Assembly: GCA_038125345.1 (NCBI GenBank)
Contig: JAYPDR010000001.1
Location: 1 to 42,743 of the forward strand
Length of the DNA stretch: 42,743 bases
DNA from: Marinoscillum sp.
Lineage (GTDB): Bacteria > Bacteroidota > Bacteroidia > Cytophagales > MED-G16
Reading direction: 5' to 3'
The notes beneath the pieces are model-generated. The model made no database searches, had not been told where the DNA came from, and saw nothing but the letters and a program-made list of their open reading frames with translations. Every line of letters begins with the position of its first letter. Within the stretch, counting starts at the first letter, position 1. Positions 31,405 to 41,033 of this stretch are shown here, piece after piece. The position numbers were made by a program, and so were the translations under genes.

Positions 31405-31423
31405 ATTTATTTAATTTAGATCA

Positions 31424-33037
31424 GTGGAAAAGTATGTTGTATCTGCAAGAAAATATAGGCCAATAAAATTTGATGATGTAGTAGGTCAAACTCATGTGAC
31501 TACTACTCTTGAAAATGCAATTTTGAATGAAAAAATTGCACAGTCAATTTTATTTTGTGGACCTAGAGGAGTTGGAAAAACTACCTGTGCAAGAATTTTG
31601 GCAAATAAAATAAATGGTTTTGATATAACTAATCCACTTGAAAATTCTAGAAACTTAAATATTTATGAACTTGATGCTGCATCAAATAATTCAGTTGATG
31701 ACATAAGAAATTTAATAGATCAGGTCAGATATGCTCCTCAAGAAGGAAAATATAAGGTTTATATTATAGATGAGGTTCATATGTTATCTAACGCTGCGTT
31801 CAATGCATTCTTAAAAACTTTAGAAGAACCACCACCCTATGCAATTTTTATTTTAGCAACTACTGAAAAAAATAAAGTTATACCAACAATTTTATCACGA
31901 TGTCAAATATATGACTTTAATAGAATTGAAATTCAAGACATAAAAAACAAATTAAAAGAAGTGTTAATTAAAGAAAAAATTGAATTTGAAGAAGACGCAT
32001 TACATGTAATTGCTCAGAAAGCTGATGGAGCGATGAGAGATGCACTTTCAACTCTTGATCTAATTAGAACATTTTCTAAAGACTCTAAAATAACATTAGA
32101 AATAGTAACTAATAATTTAAATATTCTAGATAGTGAATATTTCTTTAAACTGACAAATCTTTTATATGATTCAAAAATAACTGAAGTACTTCTAATTCAT
32201 AATGAGATTTTAGTTAAAGGATTTGAGAGTTTTAACCTATTGAACGGATTATCTAATCATTTTAGAAATCTTCTATTCTCTAAAAATGATAAATTATTGA
32301 ATATAATGGAAGTTTCAGAATCAGAAAAGGTTAAATATTTAGAGCAAACAAAAATTATTGATTCTGATTTTACAGAAAATTCACTTGAAATCTTAAATCA
32401 ATTTGAAATAAACTATAAATCATCAAGTAATCATAAGATTCACACAGAAATTGCATTGATTAAAATTTCATCTCTAAATAAAAAAAAAAACTTAAAAATT
32501 GATTCTTTTAAGAGAGAAGTAGAAACTGAGGATATAAATGAAGATAAAACAGTAGTTAAAAACATAACTGAATTAGAAAATAAGGAAATTATAAATCAAG
32601 AGACTCCAAATTTAAAAAACATACTTTACGTCACAGAAGAAAAAATTATTGAGGATAAAGAAAATAAAGTTGTTAGCAATAAAATTTCATTTTCAGAAGA
32701 AAGTTTTAAAGAGTTAATAGAAGAAATAATTATTTCACTTAATAATAAAAAATCAGAGATAGCAGTATTAAAAAAAAATATTAGTATATCTGATTTTAAA
32801 ATTATTTTTCATTTAGATAATGATCTAGAGAATACTATTTTTAGTAGTATTCAAAATAGTTTAAAGGAAAAAATTAAAGATAGATTTATAGAGAAAATTA
32901 TAGTAGAAACTGAGGTTCTTAAAAGAGAGAAAGAAAAAACATTATATACAAATAAGGATAAGTTTGAATATCTCACAAATAAAAATAAAAACTTAATTTA
33001 TTTAAAAAATAAATTAGGTCTTGACTACGAATTTTAG
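31424..33037 (+). CDS. dnaX: DNA polymerase III subunit tau/gamma
   Basis: A GTG start gives MEKYVVSARKYRP. Motifs: GPRGVGKTTCARILA, YIIDEVHMLS, FNAFLKTLEEPP and SRCQ. Confidence 0.9.
   Translation: MEKYVVSARKYRPIKFDDVVGQTHVTTTLENAILNEKIAQSILFCGPRGVGKTTCARILANKINGFDITNPLENSRNLNIYELDAASNNSVDDIRNLIDQVRYAPQEGKYKVYIIDEVHMLSNAAFNAFLKTLEEPPPYAIFILATTEKNKVIPTILSRCQIYDFNRIEIQDIKNKLKEVLIKEKIEFEEDALHVIAQKADGAMRDALSTLDLIRTFSKDSKITLEIVTNNLNILDSEYFFKLTNLLYDSKITEVLLIHNEILVKGFESFNLLNGLSNHFRNLLFSKNDKLLNIMEVSESEKVKYLEQTKIIDSDFTENSLEILNQFEINYKSSSNHKIHTEIALIKISSLNKKKNLKIDSFKREVETEDINEDKTVVKNITELENKEIINQETPNLKNILYVTEEKIIEDKENKVVSNKISFSEESFKELIEEIIISLNNKKSEIAVLKKNISISDFKIIFHLDNDLENTIFSSIQNSLKEKIKDRFIEKIIVETEVLKREKEKTLYTNKDKFEYLTNKNKNLIYLKNKLGLDYEF
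32480..32490 (+). repeat. A11 homopolymer inside dnaX (candidate recoding or slippage site)
   Basis: Eleven consecutive A at codons 353-356 (N KKK N). It is the longest homopolymer I noticed in the window. Confidence 0.9.
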
Positions 33038-34479
33038 ATTTCCCAACCTTCTCTGTAATCTCTAGTTACAAACTTATTTGCTGGATCATAATTAGTTATT
33101 TTCATAGCTTCTCCATCCCACAAAAGTTTTTTTCTACCAGGAAAAGAGTTATCTAAACCACTTACTCTTTCCATATAACTTCTGATAGCTATGTTACCCA
33201 TTAGAACAGTTTCAGTCATAGGACCTGAGTAATCAAATGATGAAGTTAGAGCTTTATGTTCAGGACTACTAAAACCAGCCTTACATGCTTCAATCCACTT
33301 CGTTTGATGACCAAATTCATTTCCTGGTTGATTAGATGTATCAAACTCAACAGTTTCTTCTCCTTTTCTATAAAGTTTAGGCGTAAATCCATAAACACCG
33401 GTAGTAATAATACCCTTAGATCCTATCATCATAACTCCATTTGAGCTATCCTCTGTACCTAAAGAATCATTAGCGGGTATAATTTCAGGGTGAGGAGGTC
33501 TTAAGCCGCCGTCCAACCATCTCATTTTTAATGATGATTTATTTTTTGATGTAGATTCAAAATCTAGTGTGACCGAAGAGGATGGAGGACATCCCTCAGG
33601 TATATACTCAGGACTCCACATTTTAATAAATACCTGGCCAACACTACACTCAACAGCAGTTGGATAATGTAAACCTAAAGTCCTAAAAGGGACATCTATT
33701 AAGTGACAACCCATATCTCCTAATGCGCCCGTTCCATATGCCCACCATCCTCTCCAATTAAAAGGATGATATGCATTTGTATAATCAATTTTAGGAGCAG
33801 GCCCTAACCATAAATCCCAATTTAAAGTATCTGGAACTGAACTTCCATCAGATTTAGGAACAGGTATTCCTTGTGGCCATACTGGTCTATTAGTCCAAAC
33901 AAAGACTTCATCAACATCTCCAATCAAGCCATCATCAAACCATTCCTGAACTTTCTGCATCCCTGAATTAGAAGCTCCTTGATTTCCCATTTGAGAAACT
34001 ATTTTATTATCTCTTGCCATCTCTGTAAGCATTCTTGCCTCTCTTATGTTATGAGTTAGAGGCTTTTGTACATATACATGAATTCCCTCCTCCATTGCTG
34101 CCATTGCCTGAATAGCATGATGGTGATCTGGTGATGAAATAGTAACAGCATCAATATCTTTTTGTTTTTCTAACATTACTCTAAAGTCTTCGTAAAAATT
34201 AGCCTTTGGAAATCTATCTCTAGAGGTTTTTGTGTATTCACTTTTATCCACATCACAAATTGCTACAACATTTTCTTTTCCTTCATTAGATGCATACCAA
34301 AGATCAGAGGTACCTTTTCCACCAATTCCAATACCAGCGATATTTATCTTATCACTTGGAGAGGTAAATCCATTTCCACCCAGAACATATCTTGGAACAA
34401 TGAAAAAACTTGATGCTGCAATAGCACCTTGTTTAATAAACTCTCTCCTAGTATTTTTTTTTGAATTATTTTTTTTCAT
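33034..34479 (-). CDS. Tat-exported Gfo/Idh/MocA-family oxidoreductase
   Basis: Twin-arginine signal NTRREFIKQGAIAASSF, Rossmann motif INIAGIGIGGKG, then YVQKPLTHN and TNRPVWPQG. Confidence 0.75.
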   Translation of the reverse strand: MKKNNSKKNTRREFIKQGAIAASSFFIVPRYVLGGNGFTSPSDKINIAGIGIGGKGTSDLWYASNEGKENVVAICDVDKSEYTKTSRDRFPKANFYEDFRVMLEKQKDIDAVTISSPDHHHAIQAMAAMEEGIHVYVQKPLTHNIREARMLTEMARDNKIVSQMGNQGASNSGMQKVQEWFDDGLIGDVDEVFVWTNRPVWPQGIPVPKSDGSSVPDTLNWDLWLGPAPKIDYTNAYHPFNWRGWWAYGTGALGDMGCHLIDVPFRTLGLHYPTAVECSVGQVFIKMWSPEYIPEGCPPSSSVTLDFESTSKNKSSLKMRWLDGGLRPPHPEIIPANDSLGTEDSSNGVMMIGSKGIITTGVYGFTPKLYRKGEETVEFDTSNQPGNEFGHQTKWIEACKAGFSSPEHKALTSSFDYSGPMTETVLMGNIAIRSYMERVSGLDNSFPGRKKLLWDGEAMKITNYDPANKFVTRDYREGWEI

Positions 34480-34585
34480 AAGAATAAGTTAAGATTTGAC
34501 TAATTAATATTGATTCAAAATCACTTTAATTTAAAAATTTTTTTTATAACTTAATAATAGTAGAGAAAAATAAACCAAACTAACT

Positions 34586-35758
34586 ATGAAAAATATTAAA
34601 CTCTCAATTATGATGTTTCTTCAGTATTTTATCTGGGGAGCATGGTATGTAACAGCCGGAACCTATATGGCTAAAATTTTAAATTCTTCCGGTGCTGAAA
34701 TAGGTAATGCATATAGTGCCTTTGCTTTGGCTGCTATATTTTCACCATTTTTTGTTGGAGCAGTTGCAGATAGATATTTTTCGGCTCAAAAAGCGATGGG
34801 AGCATTACATGTGATAGGTGGTTTATTATTAATTTATGCAACTCAAATTTCTTCATCATTTTTATTTATAATCACTGTTTTAGTTTATTCTTTAATGTAT
34901 ATGCCTACTGTAGCGTTGTCAAATAATATTGTATTTGCTAATGTTAGTGATTCAGGAAAAACGTTTCCAATAATTCGATTTTTTGGAACTTTTGGATGGA
35001 TAGTAGCTGGATTTATTATCGGAAATTTACAACTTGAGAATAATATTGGAAGTATTTCATATACATTTTATATAGCTTCCTTTGCTTCAATTTTATTGGG
35101 TCTGTTTTCTTTTTCTCTACCTAATGTACCACCTAAAGGAAAGGCAAGTGATTCCGCATTAGGTCTTGAAGGTTTAGTTTTACTTAAAGATAAGTCATAT
35201 CTAATATTTTTTATTTCGGCAGTACTTATATGTATACCATTATCATTCTACTACTCTTTTGCTAATGTGTTTTTAAATGATATTGGAATGGAGGGAGCAG
35301 CTGGCAAAATGATTTATGGTCAGATTTCTGAAGCTATATTTATTCTTGCAATACCTTTTTTATATTATAGATTAGGTGTGAAAAATATTCTAATTATTGG
35401 AATATCAGCTTGGTTATTAAGATTTTTCTTTTTTGCTAATGGTGACCTAGAAGCTTATTACTGGATGATTATATCAGGTATTTTACTTCATGGAATTTGT
35501 TATGATTTCTTTTTTGTAACTGGATATATGTACACTGAAAATAAAGCAGGAGAAAAAATTAAAAATGCTGCACAAGGATTATTTACTGTTGCAACTTATG
35601 GTATTGGAATGACTATTGGATCATGGTTCTCAGGAATAATTACTGATAGCAATACTATTGATGGAATTAAAAATTGGGGCGATATTTGGATGATTCCGGC
35701 ATATGTATCTGGGGCGGTACTACTATTTTTAATCGTGTTTTTTAAAGAAAAAAAATAA
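34586..35758 (+). CDS. MFS transporter of the nucleoside:H+ symporter (NupG/XapB) family
   Basis: The N-terminus [23 protein letters not shown] ... [12 protein letters not shown] closely parallels E. coli NupG (LSFLQFCLWGSWLTTLGSYM ... GIVADKWLSAK). Confidence 0.8.
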   Translation: MKNIKLSIMMFLQYFIWGAWYVTAGTYMAKILNSSGAEIGNAYSAFALAAIFSPFFVGAVADRYFSAQKAMGALHVIGGLLLIYATQISSSFLFIITVLVYSLMYMPTVALSNNIVFANVSDSGKTFPIIRFFGTFGWIVAGFIIGNLQLENNIGSISYTFYIASFASILLGLFSFSLPNVPPKGKASDSALGLEGLVLLKDKSYLIFFISAVLICIPLSFYYSFANVFLNDIGMEGAAGKMIYGQISEAIFILAIPFLYYRLGVKNILIIGISAWLLRFFFFANGDLEAYYWMIISGILLHGICYDFFFVTGYMYTENKAGEKIKNAAQGLFTVATYGIGMTIGSWFSGIITDSNTIDGIKNWGDIWMIPAYVSGAVLLFLIVFFKEKK

Positions 35759-35763
35759 ATATT

Positions 35764-36960
35764 ATGCAAAGAATTTCAATGTTAGGGTCAGGATTTATTG
35801 GAAGATTTTATACTGATTCACTCCATGGATATAGGAACAAAGATAGAGTCGTATCTATTTATTCAAGGAGAGAAGAAAGTGCAAAAAAATTTGCAAAAGA
35901 CTATGATGTACCCCACTGGACAACAAATATGGAAGACTCAATATCACATAAAGATGTAGATGTAGTATGTATTTCATTACCAAATAATTTACATGAAGAG
36001 GCTGTACACCTTTGTTGTAAACATAAGAAAGCTGTCATATGCACCAAACCTTTAGGTAGAACCGCAGAAGAGGCTAAAAGAATGGTAGAAGCTGTAGAAA
36101 AAGCGGGAATATTTGCTGGTTATCTTGAAGATCTATGTTATACACCAAAATTTCTAAAAGCTCTTGATAGTGTTCAATCTGGAAGTTTAGGCCAAATAAT
36201 TTGGACTAAATCTAGAGAAACTCATCCAGGACCTCACAGTGACTGGTTCTGGGATAAAGAACAAGCAGGTGGAGGTTGCATATTAGATTTAGGGTGTCAC
36301 TGTATTGAAATTGGAAGAAATTATATAGGTAAAGATATAAAACCAGTTGAAGTTATGTGTTGGGGAGATACACAAGTGAAACCAATTGATGCAGAGGATC
36401 ACGCCATAGGCTTGGTGAAATATGAAAATGGAGCAATTGGCCAATTTGAAGTTAGCTGGACTTTTAGAGGAGGTCTTGATTTGAGAGATGAAGTGATGGG
36501 AACAGAAGGGACTATCTGGATAAATTCATTTTTAAGGACTGGATTTGAAATGTTTACTACTGGTAAAGGAAGTAACTATGTAGCAGAAAAAGCAGAATCC
36601 GATTCTGGTTGGTTATTTCCTGTAGGGGATGAATTAAATGAACTGGGTTACAATCACATGTTTGCTGATATGTTTAATGCATTAGAAAAAGGAACTACTC
36701 CATCTGAAACATTTTATGATGGTTATATAGTGAATGCAATAATTGACGCATCATATAAATCTATTCAGTCTAAAAAATGGGAAAAAATTAACTTAGAAAT
36801 TTGGAGAGGTAAAGAAGGAGTAAATAAAATTAGTACTTTAGATAGTTACGATGACAATTACTATTTAGTAAAGGAAGAAATAACTCATTATGGAGATAAA
36901 AAACTAATATTAAAGGGGAAAAAAGACGGAAAAATTATTGAGAAAATAATTAAAGAATAG
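35764..36960 (+). CDS. Cytoplasmic Gfo/Idh/MocA-family oxidoreductase
   Basis: [13 protein letters not shown] Rossmann motif, ICTKPL and [14 protein letters not shown]. It has no signal peptide and starts 5 nt after the permease gene. Confidence 0.75.
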   Translation: MQRISMLGSGFIGRFYTDSLHGYRNKDRVVSIYSRREESAKKFAKDYDVPHWTTNMEDSISHKDVDVVCISLPNNLHEEAVHLCCKHKKAVICTKPLGRTAEEAKRMVEAVEKAGIFAGYLEDLCYTPKFLKALDSVQSGSLGQIIWTKSRETHPGPHSDWFWDKEQAGGGCILDLGCHCIEIGRNYIGKDIKPVEVMCWGDTQVKPIDAEDHAIGLVKYENGAIGQFEVSWTFRGGLDLRDEVMGTEGTIWINSFLRTGFEMFTTGKGSNYVAEKAESDSGWLFPVGDELNELGYNHMFADMFNALEKGTTPSETFYDGYIVNAIIDASYKSIQSKKWEKINLEIWRGKEGVNKISTLDSYDDNYYLVKEEITHYGDKKLILKGKKDGKIIEKIIKE

Positions 36961-38194
36961 ATCTTTTTCTTAATAATATTTTATCTGAGTTATTATTCTT
37001 ATTTATTTTTTTCAACGAAGAAAGCTGGATTCCAAATAGTTGAGATATTTCCCATAGCGACTCATCCTCTCTTCTCAAATAAACTTGGACTTTTCCTTTT
37101 TTTCTCTTTCTTGTTAAATAGTATGGAATTCCAGGTACTAATTTTTGATTACTTGATATATCATTAAATGTATAAAATGATTTTTTTGATATATTAAAAT
37201 CATTTAAATAATTTTCAATATTTCTTGAGGAATCAAAAATAATTGCGGGTAAACCATTTAATAGTAAAGACCTGTTTGATAAAACCTTCAGAATTTTTTC
37301 ATCTACTTTAGTCAAACTCCTTTGAGAATTATTTTGAGGTAAATTACCATTCCTCGAAAATTCAGATTTACTAAAAATATTTTCCTTATTATCTGGAATC
37401 AAGAAAGAATACACTTTATTAAGCGGAATATTGTCAGAATTTATCCAAGAATTAAGTGAAAGTAAATCTTGCTTATCTAGAGATAAATTTTTTGAAAGAT
37501 CTTCAACTGAATTAAAAGATCTATTGTCATAAATTGTATAATTAGAATTATAATTTTTCTTATCAATAAAATTTTCAAAAGCAATCTTATACCCAATAAA
37601 TTTTATAATATACCAATGTGTCTCATTGTTAATTTGCATTCTTTTTGATCCGTAAAGCTTAGGATCAACTAACTCTTTTGCTCCACTAAGACCATGGTAA
37701 TAAGATAGCATTGAAAAAATCCAATTTTCAAAAATAAAATTACTATTCTTAATGTACTTAGATGCAGCCCTTGTAGATGAGACAATATTTTTTCTCTCAT
37801 CAATGGTATTATTTATAATTAAACCATAATCTTCTGCAGTTTCTTTTTTAAACTGCCAGAAACCTACTGCATTTGATGATGAAACTGCGTCAGAAATTAA
37901 TGCACTTTCCTGTAAAGCCAAGTATTTAAAATCTTCCGGTAATTCTTCCTCTTGGAGAATTCTTTCTATTATAGGGAAGAATATGTTTATTCTATCAATA
38001 AATACTTGAAAATATTTTTTATTTAAATGTAAAGCATCGACTTCATTTTGAATAGTTGGTTTTATTTCATCTGAGATATCCAAAATGATATTATCTATTC
38101 TTATTTTATCTGGAACTTTAGGAGAATCCTGTGAAAAGACTTTTAAATAAAATAAAAAGTAAAAAAATGTAATAAAACCTAATCTAATTTTCAT
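36950..38194 (-). CDS. Lytic transglycosylase with C-terminal LysM-like domain (MltD-like)
   Basis: Signal peptide, the SLT core YLALQESAL ... [15 protein letters not shown], and a C-terminal LysM-like segment [22 protein letters not shown]. Confidence 0.7.
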   Translation of the reverse strand: MKIRLGFITFFYFLFYLKVFSQDSPKVPDKIRIDNIILDISDEIKPTIQNEVDALHLNKKYFQVFIDRINIFFPIIERILQEEELPEDFKYLALQESALISDAVSSSNAVGFWQFKKETAEDYGLIINNTIDERKNIVSSTRAASKYIKNSNFIFENWIFSMLSYYHGLSGAKELVDPKLYGSKRMQINNETHWYIIKFIGYKIAFENFIDKKNYNSNYTIYDNRSFNSVEDLSKNLSLDKQDLLSLNSWINSDNIPLNKVYSFLIPDNKENIFSKSEFSRNGNLPQNNSQRSLTKVDEKILKVLSNRSLLLNGLPAIIFDSSRNIENYLNDFNISKKSFYTFNDISSNQKLVPGIPYYLTRKRKKGKVQVYLRREDESLWEISQLFGIQLSSLKKINKNNNSDKILLRKRSIL

Positions 38195-38834
38195 TTTTTA
38201 TGATGATTGTAAGTCCATCCCTAACCGGCAATATCAGTTTGGAGACTTTATTATTACTTTTTATATAATCGTTAAAGTCATTCATATATACGGCAATCTT
38301 ATCATTTTGATTTCTCTTTACATCAGCTACCTTACCCTTCCATAAAACATTATCAACAATAACTAAACCTCCAATGTTTAGTTTTGGAAAAATCATATCA
38401 AAATAATTTTTATAATTTTTTTTATCTGCGTCAATAAAAACCAAATCAATATTCGAGTTAATTTTTGGGATTAGATCTAAAGCATTACCTGTTTTTTGTA
38501 TTATTTTATTTTTGAAATGAGACTTATTAAAGAATAAAGCAACTTTTTTCTGTAAATCATCATCTTTGTCAATAGTAATAAGTAAACCATCTGAACTTAA
38601 GCCTTCAGCAAGACACAAAGCTGAGTAACCTGTATAAGTACCTATTTCTAAAATATTTTTTGGTCTTTTTAATCTAGAAATTAAACTTAAAATTCTACCT
38701 TGGAGATGGCCAGAAAGCATTCTGGGAGAATGGACATTTTCTTTAGTAAACTCTGAAATTTCTTTTAGTAGAGGTGATTCTTGATCTGAAAAAAGCTCAA
38801 CATAATTTTCAATATTTTGATCAATTAAAACCAT
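38184..38834 (-). CDS. SAM-dependent O-methyltransferase, family 3 (caffeoyl-CoA OMT / YrrM-TrmR-like)
   Basis: SAM motif ILEIGTYTGYSAL, then DLVFIDADKKNY and VDNVLWKG. Length is 216 aa. Confidence 0.7.
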   Translation of the reverse strand: MVLIDQNIENYVELFSDQESPLLKEISEFTKENVHSPRMLSGHLQGRILSLISRLKRPKNILEIGTYTGYSALCLAEGLSSDGLLITIDKDDDLQKKVALFFNKSHFKNKIIQKTGNALDLIPKINSNIDLVFIDADKKNYKNYFDMIFPKLNIGGLVIVDNVLWKGKVADVKRNQNDKIAVYMNDFNDYIKSNNKVSKLILPVRDGLTIIIKNEN

Positions 38835-38891
38835 AATAGCAAATTAAAAATTTATTAACAATTAATGTATCTTTAGACTAAATTATACATT

Positions 38892-40178
38892 ATGAGATAC
38901 GATATTATAGATAACTCATTATTCAAAAAAAATAGAAAAAATTACTTAGAAAAAGTAGATAGTAAATCAGTATCAGTTTTTATATCAAATGATTTCATGC
39001 CAACAAATGCAGATGAAACCTTACAATTTGTTCAAAACACTAACCTTTTTTATCTAACAGGCGTTGATCAAGAAGACACTTTCCTAATAATTGCTCCAAA
39101 TTTCCCAGATCGAAAAATGAGAGAGATTTTATTTATAAAGGAGACCAGTGAAGAAATCTCTATATGGGAAGGTAATAAATTATCAATTGAAGAAGCTAAA
39201 ACCATTTCTGGTATAGAAAATGTAATGTGGAATTCTAATTTCGAAACTATTTTAAATTTGATTATTGCTGAATCAGAAAGCATTTATCTAGAAAAAAATG
39301 AACATATAAGATCTAATACTAATGTTCAAACTCCTCAAGATAGGTTTATAAAAAAAATAAAAAAAAAATATTCAACCTATCCAATAAAAAGATCATATCC
39401 CTTACTCAGTAATCTTAGAATGATAAAAGATAATATTGAAGTTGATCTTATTCAAAAAGCCTGTGATATTACAGAAAATGGATTTAGAAGAGTTTTAAAA
39501 TATATTAAACCAGATGTATGGGAATATGAAATAGAGGCTGAGTTTATTCATGAATTTATATCAAATAAATCTAAAGGTTTTGCATACCAGCCAATTATTG
39601 CATCTGGTATTAATGCTTGCTCTTTGCACTATAACACGAATAATTCAAAATGTAAATCTGGGGATCTAATTTTGATGGATGTTGCAGCAGAATACTCAAA
39701 TTACAAATCAGATATGACTAGGACTGTTCCTGTAAATGGAAAATTTTCATCAAGACAACTAGAAATTTATCATGCTGTTCTCAATGTGAAGAATGAAGCA
39801 ACAAAATTATTAAGACCAGGAATAACAATAAATGAATTTCATAAAGAAGTTGGAAAAATCATGGAGAGTGAGCTTATTAAAATCAAGCTTCTTGATAAAA
39901 ATGATATAAAAAAACAAAACCCTAAAAACCCTTTATTCAAAAAATATTTTATGCATGGAACATCGCATCATCTTGGATTAGATGTTCATGATGTAGGGAA
40001 CTTTCATGTTAATCTATCCCCAGGTAATATTTTTACTGTCGAACCAGGTATTTATATTAGAGAAGAAAATATTGGAGTAAGGCTTGAAGATAATATATTA
40101 GTTGGTGAAAATGAAAATATTAATCTAATGGGTAAAATCCCTATAATTCCAGATGAAATAGAAGATTTAATGAATTAA
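38892..40178 (+). CDS. pepP: Xaa-Pro aminopeptidase (M24B)
   Basis: LMDVAAEYSNYKSDMTRT, HGTSHHLGLDVHD, EPGIY and RLEDN. Confidence 0.8.
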   Translation: MRYDIIDNSLFKKNRKNYLEKVDSKSVSVFISNDFMPTNADETLQFVQNTNLFYLTGVDQEDTFLIIAPNFPDRKMREILFIKETSEEISIWEGNKLSIEEAKTISGIENVMWNSNFETILNLIIAESESIYLEKNEHIRSNTNVQTPQDRFIKKIKKKYSTYPIKRSYPLLSNLRMIKDNIEVDLIQKACDITENGFRRVLKYIKPDVWEYEIEAEFIHEFISNKSKGFAYQPIIASGINACSLHYNTNNSKCKSGDLILMDVAAEYSNYKSDMTRTVPVNGKFSSRQLEIYHAVLNVKNEATKLLRPGITINEFHKEVGKIMESELIKIKLLDKNDIKKQNPKNPLFKKYFMHGTSHHLGLDVHDVGNFHVNLSPGNIFTVEPGIYIREENIGVRLEDNILVGENENINLMGKIPIIPDEIEDLMN

Positions 40179-40184
40179 ATTTTT

Positions 40185-41021
40185 CTAACCAATTGCAACT
40201 CTAGTGAACTTATCGACCGTTAAATTTGGTGAAATTGACTTTAGATAAGATTCAACAGTTTGAGAGTTGTCTTTTACAAAGGATTGGCTTAATAAGGTAT
40301 TTTCTTTGAAAAATTTCTGAAGTTTACCTTCGGCTATTTTCTCAACAATATTTTCAGGTTTACCTTCTTTTAAAGCCTGTTCCTTACCAATTTCAATTTC
40401 TTTTTCGATAACAGATTGATCAACTCCGTCTTTATTGAGAGCTATTGGGTTCATTGCAGCAATTTGCATTGCAACATCTTTTCCAGCTGTAATGTAATCA
40501 GCAGAATCTGTATTCACTAATGAAACAAGAACACCTAATTTATTTCCAGCATGGATATAAGGAACAATCTTCTCTCCTTCCATAGTCTGAAAATCACTAA
40601 TTTCAATTTTTTCACCAATTTTTCCAACCAAATTTACAATATGTTGTTCAATAGTTAATGCATTGGATGTAGAGGAAAGAATTTCCTGAATATTTGATAA
40701 ATTATTAGTAAAAGCAAGATCTAAGATATCATTTGCTAGAGATTGAAATTCTTCATTTTTAGCAACAAAATCAGTTTCACAAGTAAAAGAGAGTATACAT
40801 GCTTTGTCTTCATTAGAGTTAACTTTAAAAATAACCACGCCTTCTGAAGTTTCTCTATTTGATCTTGCAGCAGATACCTTCTGACCCTTCTTTCTTAATA
40901 TATCAATTGCCTTTTCAAAATCACCACCAGCTTCAACTAGTGCTTTTTTACAATCCATCATACCTGAACCAGTTTTTTGTCTAAGTTCATTTACTTCCTT
41001 CGCAGAAATAGTTACTGACAT
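40185..41021 (-). CDS. tsf: Translation elongation factor Ts
   Basis: ELRQKTGSGMMDCKKAL. The gene follows rpsB. Confidence 0.95.
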   Translation of the reverse strand: MSVTISAKEVNELRQKTGSGMMDCKKALVEAGGDFEKAIDILRKKGQKVSAARSNRETSEGVVIFKVNSNEDKACILSFTCETDFVAKNEEFQSLANDILDLAFTNNLSNIQEILSSTSNALTIEQHIVNLVGKIGEKIEISDFQTMEGEKIVPYIHAGNKLGVLVSLVNTDSADYITAGKDVAMQIAAMNPIALNKDGVDQSVIEKEIEIGKEQALKEGKPENIVEKIAEGKLQKFFKENTLLSQSFVKDNSQTVESYLKSISPNLTVDKFTRVAIG

Positions 41022-41033
41022 AATACTTGAAAT

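Noticed and set aside
33034-36960. Locally higher GC in the two Gfo/Idh/MocA genes as a sign of horizontal transfer.
   Set aside because: This was only judged by eye. The richer stretches coincide with conserved Gly/Pro/Trp-rich motifs. Codon style and tight packing match the neighbouring genes. I could not compute composition or codon statistics here.
39350-39368. An A8-T-A10 tract inside pepP (FIKKIKKKY) as a second programmed slippage site.
   Set aside because: It lies in the N-terminal domain, where a truncated product would have no known function. I keep it only as a control showing that long A runs occur in ordinary genes here, which lowers confidence in the dnaX site.
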